Assembly: GCA_964016885.1 (NCBI GenBank)
Contig: OZ024756.1
Span: forward strand, 31,682,001-31,746,000
Length of the DNA stretch: 64,000 nucleotides
DNA from: Eledone cirrhosa
Taxonomy: Eukaryota
Reading direction: 5' to 3'
Below are positions 53,696 to 64,000 of this stretch, one piece after another (position 1 is the stretch's first letter; every line of letters starts with the position of its first letter). Made by a program: the position numbers and the translations under genes. The notes below the pieces were generated by a model. It ran no database searches. It saw nothing but the letters and a program-made list of their open reading frames with translations, and was not told the DNA's origin.

Positions 53696-53997
53696 AACTT
53701 GATAGATTATTAATACGATCCTTATCATTATATCAATGGTATATAAACAGAAACGGAAACGGAAGTGGGATAACAACAAATGAGATAGTGACACCACAAA
53801 AAAGCACATTCTCACCGACCACAGACGTACACGCATTACACATACACAGCGTATGCACACGCACGTACAAGATTAAAAGAAAATACACCGTTTTATATAT
53901 ATACATATATGGGTATGTGTATGTACGTATATGTGTATACGTATGTATATATATATATATATATATAAATGCATACATGTATGTATATACATATATG

Positions 53998-54131
<134 letters not shown>

Positions 54132-54179
54132 TGTATATATATATATAAACATATATGTATATACATACATGTATGCATT

Positions 54180-54223
<44 letters not shown>

Positions 54224-54225
54224 TG

Positions 54226-54264
<39 letters not shown>

Positions 54265-54295
54265 GTCGAAACGGCTTGAGCTCAGCCGTCGGGGT

Positions 54296-54370
<75 letters not shown>

Positions 54371-54748
54371 ACTATATCGAAATCAAAGCAGAAATACATA
54401 CATATATACATACATACACACACGCACATAAACAGAGAAAGTGTGAGAAATACTTCATAGACACCTCAGCTGCAGAAAAGAAAACAAAATGGCGTGAGCC
54501 GGCGGCTTTGATGGAAACCTGAAAGACGCTGTAAAAAAGAATGTATATGTAAAGGAATCTCGTTGGACAATACCATTTAAGAATATCTGATAATATCATA
54601 TATCGCCAACAATTAACCAGTTTATGATATATTGGTGCTGGTATTGACATTCCCTGACCATATTTACAAGGAATACAATCAATTATATCTGAATTGTTGA
54701 TAGAAAAGACTTCACTATATGATATATCACATCATATCACATAGTATC

Positions 54749-54811
54749 AAATGGTGTAACTCGGTGTGTTTATTGGTTGTTGTATTTTTACCGATACATT
54801 TGATATCCGGA

Positions 54812-54846
<35 letters not shown>

Positions 54847-54979
54847 AGACACACACTTACCATCACACCAGACATGTATATAAATATATATAGATAGATA
54901 GATAGACAGATAGATATCCGGATATCAAATGTATCGGTAAAAATACAACAACCAATAAAGACACCGAGTTACACCATTT
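54749..54979. repeat. ~90-bp-arm inverted repeat with internal (TATC)n/(GATA)n
   Basis: AAATGGTGTAACTCGGTGT...GATATCCGGATATC is mirrored at 54889-54979. Confidence 0.9.
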
Positions 54980-55900
54980 ATATGTATATATACACACACA
55001 CACACACATATATATAAATATATATTATGCATCTATCTATCTATCTATCTATCTATATATCTGTCTTTCTATTTATTTATTTATCTATCTATAATATATA
55101 TATATCCGTCTGCATGTCTATGTATGTATGTATGTATGCATGTATGTATGTATGTATGTATGTATGTACGTATGCATACATCTATTTTCCTCTCGCTCTC
55201 TATCGCTCAACATACATGTATACATGTACATACATATATTTATTTGTATGTATATCCACACCTATGAACGTACATACATATGGGCATCAGAAAATGTGCG
55301 TATTTTTCTATGACTTAATGTTTTGGTAGTTTCATATTATCGAAATATACGTTAGAAAAAATTCTTTGAAAGATTTTTGCCGACTAAAGCACTCACTAAT
55401 TCCTCTGGAGTTTTGTCGATTTGCAAGATTTGCTGTGATGTTTCCAGCACCCCTATAAAATTTCTCTTTTCTTTATCGTTAATGCAACGAATTATACGGC
55501 CATACATTTATTTATGCATGCATATATACATAGATTTATACTAACACATACTCAAACAGAGGGAAACATTAGCACATATATATATACGTATACATTCACA
55601 AGTATCTATGTATTACTCCTGTATTTGTTTGTTTTTTGTTTTGTTATTTCGAACTAATATATATACATATATATATATTTATACTTGTGAATGTATGCGT
55701 ATATATGTGTGTGAGTATGTTTCCGTCTGTGTGAATATGTGTAAGTATAAATGTATGCATATATATGCATGCAAAAATGAGTATATATATATATATATAT
55801 AGGAGGAGAATTTATGCTTATAAATATGTAACAGATAAACCACATATGTACACATTGCAATACACAGGATGGACACATGCAAACAAACGCACCAGTACCA

Positions 55901-55997
<97 letters not shown>

Positions 55998-56370
55998 TAG
56001 ATAGGTAGAGAGAGAGAGAGAGATACATAGAAAAAAGTTAGTGAAAGACAAACACACGCACACAAACACACGCACACAAAGACACCAACGGCAAATACAC
56101 CTTTATCTATTAATAATCGATATGTATGTTTAACTATAGACATATCTCTGAGGACATAAATACATATATAACTATGTATATATATATACAAATATATATA
56201 TGTGTATATGTATATATATATATATATGTATGTATATATATATATACATACATATATATATATATATATAAATATATATATGTATGTATATATGTATGTA
56301 TATTTATGTAGATACCTATAAATATGTATATGGTTATACATAAATTCATATACATACATATATCTATAAG

Positions 56371-56425
<55 letters not shown>

Positions 56426-56984
56426 GTATATATAAATATATATATATATATATATAGCTATAATATTTTGTTTGTCCTTATAATATATTCGCATTGTTTT
56501 ATGCTACACCAGTTCACAGACTTTTTTCTATACGTTTCTGTAGTTGTGTTTGTCACACTATTTTCTTTACTGCATTCTTTACTTTTTTTGTGAGCGTTCA
56601 TTCTCGCTCCCGCCCTGATATCCTCCCCACACAAACCCTTCCCACCCTTCTAACATCTTCCTACCCATAAGGCTCCCTACCTCTCACTTCTAGCATAGTT
56701 CATTTATTTGTATAATTATTCCGAGGGTGTGAGTGAGAATCCAATAATTTTGACCATCACGTCAAACAAATAATGCATATATGCTTGTACGTATGTATGT
56801 ATATATGTACGTATGTATGTATGTATGTATGTATGTATGTATGTATGTATGTATGTATGTATGTATGTATGTACGTATGTATGTATGTATGTATGTATGT
56901 ATGTATGTATGTATGTATGTATGTATGTATGTATGTATGTATGTATATATGTATGTATGTATGGATGTATGTATGTATGTATGT

Positions 56985-58120
<1,136 letters not shown>

Positions 58121-58149
58121 CATATGTATGTATATATATATATATGTAT

Positions 58150-58194
<45 letters not shown>

Positions 58195-58339
58195 CTGATG
58201 AAATAAACTTAGAAACAAAACAAGTTATATAAACACATATCTTGTGCACAGAAAGTGAAAGGCAACAGAAAAAACAAAACAAGAAAAACAACGAAAGGGA
58301 AAGAAATAAAAAAAAAAATGAATATTTGCAGCCTGCATA

Positions 58340-58537
58340 CCACCACAAGCACTACTACTACTGCTACTACTACTACTACTACTGCTACTACTACTACCAC
58401 TGCTATTACAACAACAACAACAACTACTACTACTACTACTACCACCGCACTCCCACCAAACACACCACCACCACCACCACCACTACCGCTACTATTACTA
58501 CTAGGCGGACGACGACCACCACCACCACCACCACCAG

Positions 58538-58616
<79 letters not shown>

Positions 58617-58708
58617 GCTACTACTACTATCACCACTACCAACTCCATCACCACTACTACTACCCCCAACCACCACTACTAATACTACTACAATTACTGC
58701 TGCTACTG

Positions 58709-58781
<73 letters not shown>

Positions 58782-58830
58782 CACCACCACTACCACCACC
58801 ACCACTACTACTACTTCTACTACAAATAAT

Positions 58831-58877
<47 letters not shown>
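58340..58877. repeat. (ACT/ACC)n microsatellite
   Basis: Directly visible. Confidence 0.9.
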
Positions 58878-59086
58878 ATAATAATAATAATAATAATAAT
58901 TGTTTCTATTTTAGGCATAAGGCCAGCAATAACCCAGTACATTACTGGTACTTTATTTTATCGACCCCGTAAGGATGAAAGGCAAAGTTAACCTCGGCGC
59001 AATTTGAATTCAGAATGGCAAGAACCGTAACTCTATGCGTCAAAGCATGGCGTCCGACCCTCTACCGATACTGCCAATCCACCGCC
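58878..59086 (-). mobile_element. Full-length tRNA-derived SINE in (TAA)n
   Basis: Reverse complement of the dominant SINE; (TAA)n on both sides. Confidence 0.9.
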
Positions 59087-59129
<43 letters not shown>

Positions 59130-59380
59130 TGATGCTTTCTTTATTAACCACAAGGGTTTACATAAAGTAGACATTAATAATAAATAATAATAAAAATATT
59201 TTGTTACTCTTCACATGTGATCTTACGATGCTTGGCAGAGTTTATATATCACATGCACAAATCGTTCAACTTTCAACATTTTTCAAAGCTGTTCTCCATT
59301 TTCAGAATTCTTTTTTGTTTAAAAGTTCTGCGTTTATTTTGCTTAGATTATTATTATTATTATTATTTTTATTTTTGTAT

Positions 59381-59440
<60 letters not shown>

Positions 59441-59502
59441 TATTTATTACTTTTGCGTATTTTGTTTTGCTATCTTGGTCTCTTGCTCTCGCTTGATGTC
59501 CA

Positions 59503-59582
<80 letters not shown>

Positions 59583-60175
59583 TTTTCTCTCTGTCTTTTT
59601 GCTTTTTCTTTTTCTACCTTTGTACTTTCTATATCTCTGTCCATCTGTCTCCCTCTCGTTCACACATACACACAAACAAATAAAAAAACACACACACACA
59701 TATATAAATAAATATGTATATATGATAATACATATATATACAGTTCTCTCAGTCATTTTGCTCTCACTTTCCGACTAGTTCTTTCTCCTTAACCTTTTTT
59801 TTTTTACAATATTTTCATTTTTTTGCTCTTTTACTACATTACACTCTCTTACATCTTCACTTCCTCTCATCTTCTCTACATTCCTTTCATTTTTCATTCT
59901 CTTACATTTTCACTCACACTCACCATCTCTCCCCCCCCCCTTCACTCCTCCCTCTTTGCTCCTCTCTCCTTCTGACCAGCTTTGATTTTGCTTTTGACTT
60001 CTGTGAGAAATTTTATAGTTTCACCTTATATATTTTTTCTCTTCTCTTCTCTGTCTCACTTTCACACTTTCTCTAACCCTCCCTCCACGGATTATCTGTA
60101 CCGCTCTGTCCCTCTAACCTTCTCCCTGTATCTCACTCACTAAAAACGTCTCTCTGAATCTGTCTCTGTCTCTCT

Positions 60176-60233
<58 letters not shown>

Positions 60234-60396
60234 ACTTTCCCTCTATATATCACTCTCTATGAAACTCTCTCTAAATCTCTGTTCCTCAGTCTGTCTCTAA
60301 ATTGTTTCATTGTCTCTCTATCACTTACTCTGCCGCATCTTCCCTCTATATCTTACTTACTCTAAACGTCTCTCTGAATCTGTATGTCTGCCTCTC

Positions 60397-60460
<64 letters not shown>

Positions 60461-60582
60461 TCACTCTCTCACTCATTATAAACTTCCCTCTAAATATCTG
60501 TCTGTCTCTCTCTATCTCTCTCTCTCTCCCACTCTCTCCCACTCTCTCTAATCTTCCCTCTGTATTTCATTTACTATAAACA

Positions 60583-60665
<83 letters not shown>

Positions 60666-61261
60666 CTAATCTTCCCTCTGTATTTCACTTACTATAAACT
60701 TCCCCCTCTCTCTCTCTATCTCATCTTCCCTCTATCTCTCACGCACTATAAACTTCCCTCTAAATCTCTGTCTGTCTGTCTGTCTGTCTCCATCTCTCTC
60801 TCCCAGTCTCTCTAAACTTCTCATTACTCTCTCTAACCTTTCCCCTACATCTCACTCTATAAACTTCTCATTGTCTCTCTGTTCTTTATTCTGTCGCACA
60901 TTCTTTTTCTCTCTCCCTCTTTAACTGCTTCTTTCAGCTTCTCTACTCTTCTCTATTTCTGTATCGCGATGTGTCACCCTCTGTTTCACTTTATGCTCTG
61001 AACAGAAATATGTCCGCCATTTATAGTCATGATAGACGCCATGAAAAACATCACAATATTTTATGTGTGTGTGTCTCACACACCACAAAATCTTTGCTAT
61101 GTATGTATGTATGTATGTATGTATGTATGTATGTATGTATGTATGTATGTATGTATGTATGTATGTATGTATGTATGTATGTACGTATGTATGTATGCGT
61201 GTATGTATGTATGTATGTATGTATGTATGTATGTATGTATGTATGTATGTATGTATGTATG

Positions 61262-61296
<35 letters not shown>

Positions 61297-61434
61297 CTGT
61301 GTGTGTATGCATGTCAAAGCACATATTACTGGCAAAAAAAAACAGAAGTGGCTTCATGTTAAGACAAACATACACATATACATATACACACACACCATAT
61401 CTCTTTCACACATATACACAGGAATATTATGTAT

Positions 61435-61465
<31 letters not shown>

Positions 61466-61561
61466 AATATTTATTTATATATAGGTATGTGTATATGTAT
61501 ATACGTATATATATATATACGTATATATGTATGTATATATATATGCGTATATATATATATA

Positions 61562-61612
<51 letters not shown>

Positions 61613-61651
61613 ATATATATATATACGTATATATATATACGTATATATACG

Positions 61652-61711
<60 letters not shown>

Positions 61712-61846
61712 TATATATATATACGCATATATATATATACATACATATATATATATACGCATATATATATACATACATATATATATATATATACACGGAT
61801 ATATACACACATTTATAATATGTATATATATATATATATACATATT

Positions 61847-61877
<31 letters not shown>

Positions 61878-62049
61878 ATGTTCAGGTTGGCCATCTCCAG
61901 ATGATAGATTCACAATAAATAAATGATCAAACAAAGAAGTAAATAAGTAAGGTCAAAGGTGAATAGATGTAAAGGTCACGTGGTATTCGTAAACCATTCA
62001 GTTGTATCCATCATTTTCCGTTCTGTTTCAATAGAGATAAACATCATCA

Positions 62050-62084
<35 letters not shown>

Positions 62085-62172
62085 CACATACATATATAAC
62101 GTACACATATTAATGTTGGTGTATGCAGATTTATAGGTATATGAGTGAAACGAACATTTGCTGAAGAGGCAT

Positions 62173-62695
<523 letters not shown>

Positions 62696-62739
62696 AGGTA
62701 CTCAATACATAGCAGAGTATAATAGTTTTAATATAGATG

Positions 62740-62790
62740 AGATTCTACAGGACTAGAACTGTTTCATTCATTAGAAATCATCAGGAATCT
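62740..62790 (-). ncRNA. Type I hammerhead ribozyme (mirror copy)
   Basis: Exact reverse complement of 63116-63166. Confidence 0.75.
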
Positions 62791-63078
62791 GGGTATCAAA
62801 AAATAATAAATAAATGTGGTATTTATAGGTCTCTACAAGTGGTAGGAGAGGGTGGGGAGTGGGATGGGTGCAGGTCATTGGTTGATAGAGAAGGGAATTC
62901 ATTAAAGGCTAATTCTACATAGCTATAGTTAATTTATATTTATTTATGTTTTTAGAGTAAAAACATAAATAAATTAACTATAGCTATGTAGAATTAGCCT
63001 TTAATGAATTCCCTTCTCTATCAACCAATGACCTGCACCCATCCCACTCCCCACCCTCTCCTACCACTTGTAGAGACC

Positions 63079-63086
63079 TATAAATA
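63079..63086 (+). promoter_or_regulatory. TATA box in pseudo-LTR, with CCAAT ~50 nt upstream
   Basis: TATAAATA 30 nt before hammerhead stem I; CCAAT at ~63025. Confidence 0.5.
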
Positions 63087-63115
63087 CCACATTTATTTAT
63101 TATTTTTTGATACCC

Positions 63116-63166
63116 AGATTCCTGATGATTTCTAATGAATGAAACAGTTCTAGTCCTGTAGAATCT
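63116..63166 (+). ncRNA. Type I hammerhead ribozyme
   Basis: Stem I AGATTC/GAATCT; CTGATGA 63122-63128; stem II TTC-TAAT-GAA closed by U-U; GAAA; stem III ACAG/CTGT; predicted cleavage after GUA (A63160). Confidence 0.75.
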
Positions 63167-63178
63167 CATCTATATTAA

Positions 63179-63236
<58 letters not shown>

Positions 63237-64000
63237 ATGTCTATATATATATATATATATATATAAAGAAGAAATGAAAAGATGGTTAAAAAAGTTCCAT
63301 ACATGCGCATTTCGAAAACAAAAATTGTGTTTTCTTCAGATGAAATAAGGTAACATGATATGAGGCCTAAAACACCTGTGAACAAGAAAGTGTACAGTCA
63401 ACATATGACAAAAATATAAGAGAAGAGAAAAAATAGAAAAAATGAAGAAAAGGAAAGAAGAAGGAAAAAGGAAAAAGAAATAAAAGAGGGAAAAAGAAAG
63501 AAAGAAGGAGGAGAGAGAAAGAGAAAGAGAAATAGAGAGAGAGAGATACTTTTGATCGGGAACGCTGTCAAAAATGAAAAACAGCTGTGAATAACGGCTA
63601 AAAAAAAATAATAAAAATAAATAAATAAATAAATTGATGAGGTGAATGTGCTAATATTACAAATATTAGATATCTAGAATATAGAAACTGGGTATATTAT
63701 TTAATATTGAGTTTGAATACTAAAAATTGGATTAAGAAGTGTAAAAATGTATTAATAAAATAAAAAATAAAATAAAATAAAATAAAATAAAAATTAATTA
63801 AAAATAATTATAATAATTATAAAAAAGGGGGTTTTAAAATAAAATAAAATAAAATGAAATAAAATAAAATAAAATATAAGATAGACTAGAATAAAAATAA
63901 ATAATAAATAAAAATAAGAATAGTCTATTTATGTCAAAATTAAAAATTACTATTAAAAATTTACATATGTGGGCTATAGTATTTGATTATTATTTCATAT

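Noticed and set aside
58194-58232. CTGATGA...GAAAC hammerhead-like words (also minus strand 62020-62052)
   Set aside because: Stems II and III do not pair convincingly.
62737-63169. Two identical 61-aa ORFs on opposite strands
   Set aside because: A consequence of the palindrome; they read antisense to the pLTR and have no protein motif.

Overview
Animal genomic DNA that is AT-rich and saturated with microsatellites ((TA)n, (CA)n, (GAT)n, (TTC)n, (TATC)n, (ATGT)n). The SINE repertoire resembles that of octopod cephalopods (inference, not verified). No complete host gene is visible, only 2-3 candidate + strand exons or splice sites, and nearly all short ORFs in the track are microsatellite artefacts. 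The dominant feature is a near-full-length Tx1/L1-clade non-LTR retrotransposon (10511-15780) with a CCHC-knuckle ORF1 and an uninterrupted APE-RT-zinc ORF2, inserted in a (TATC)n tract. Five further 5'-truncated relatives also lie inside (TATC)n, in the same orientation and phase, which indicates a GATA/TATC-microsatellite-targeting retroelement. A second system is a set of Penelope-like (PLE) terminal-repeat remnants in (TA)n/(CA)n that carry type I hammerhead ribozymes and form fold-back palindromes, including a ~460-bp palindrome with a complete hammerhead on each strand. Also present are many tRNA-derived SINEs (several in tandem), CORE-type SINE remnants, two RTE-derived bipartite non-autonomous elements, CRE- and R4/Dong-like endonuclease fragments, two Tc1/mariner-type MITEs, two minisatellites, and a 200-N gap flanked by a probable assembly duplication.
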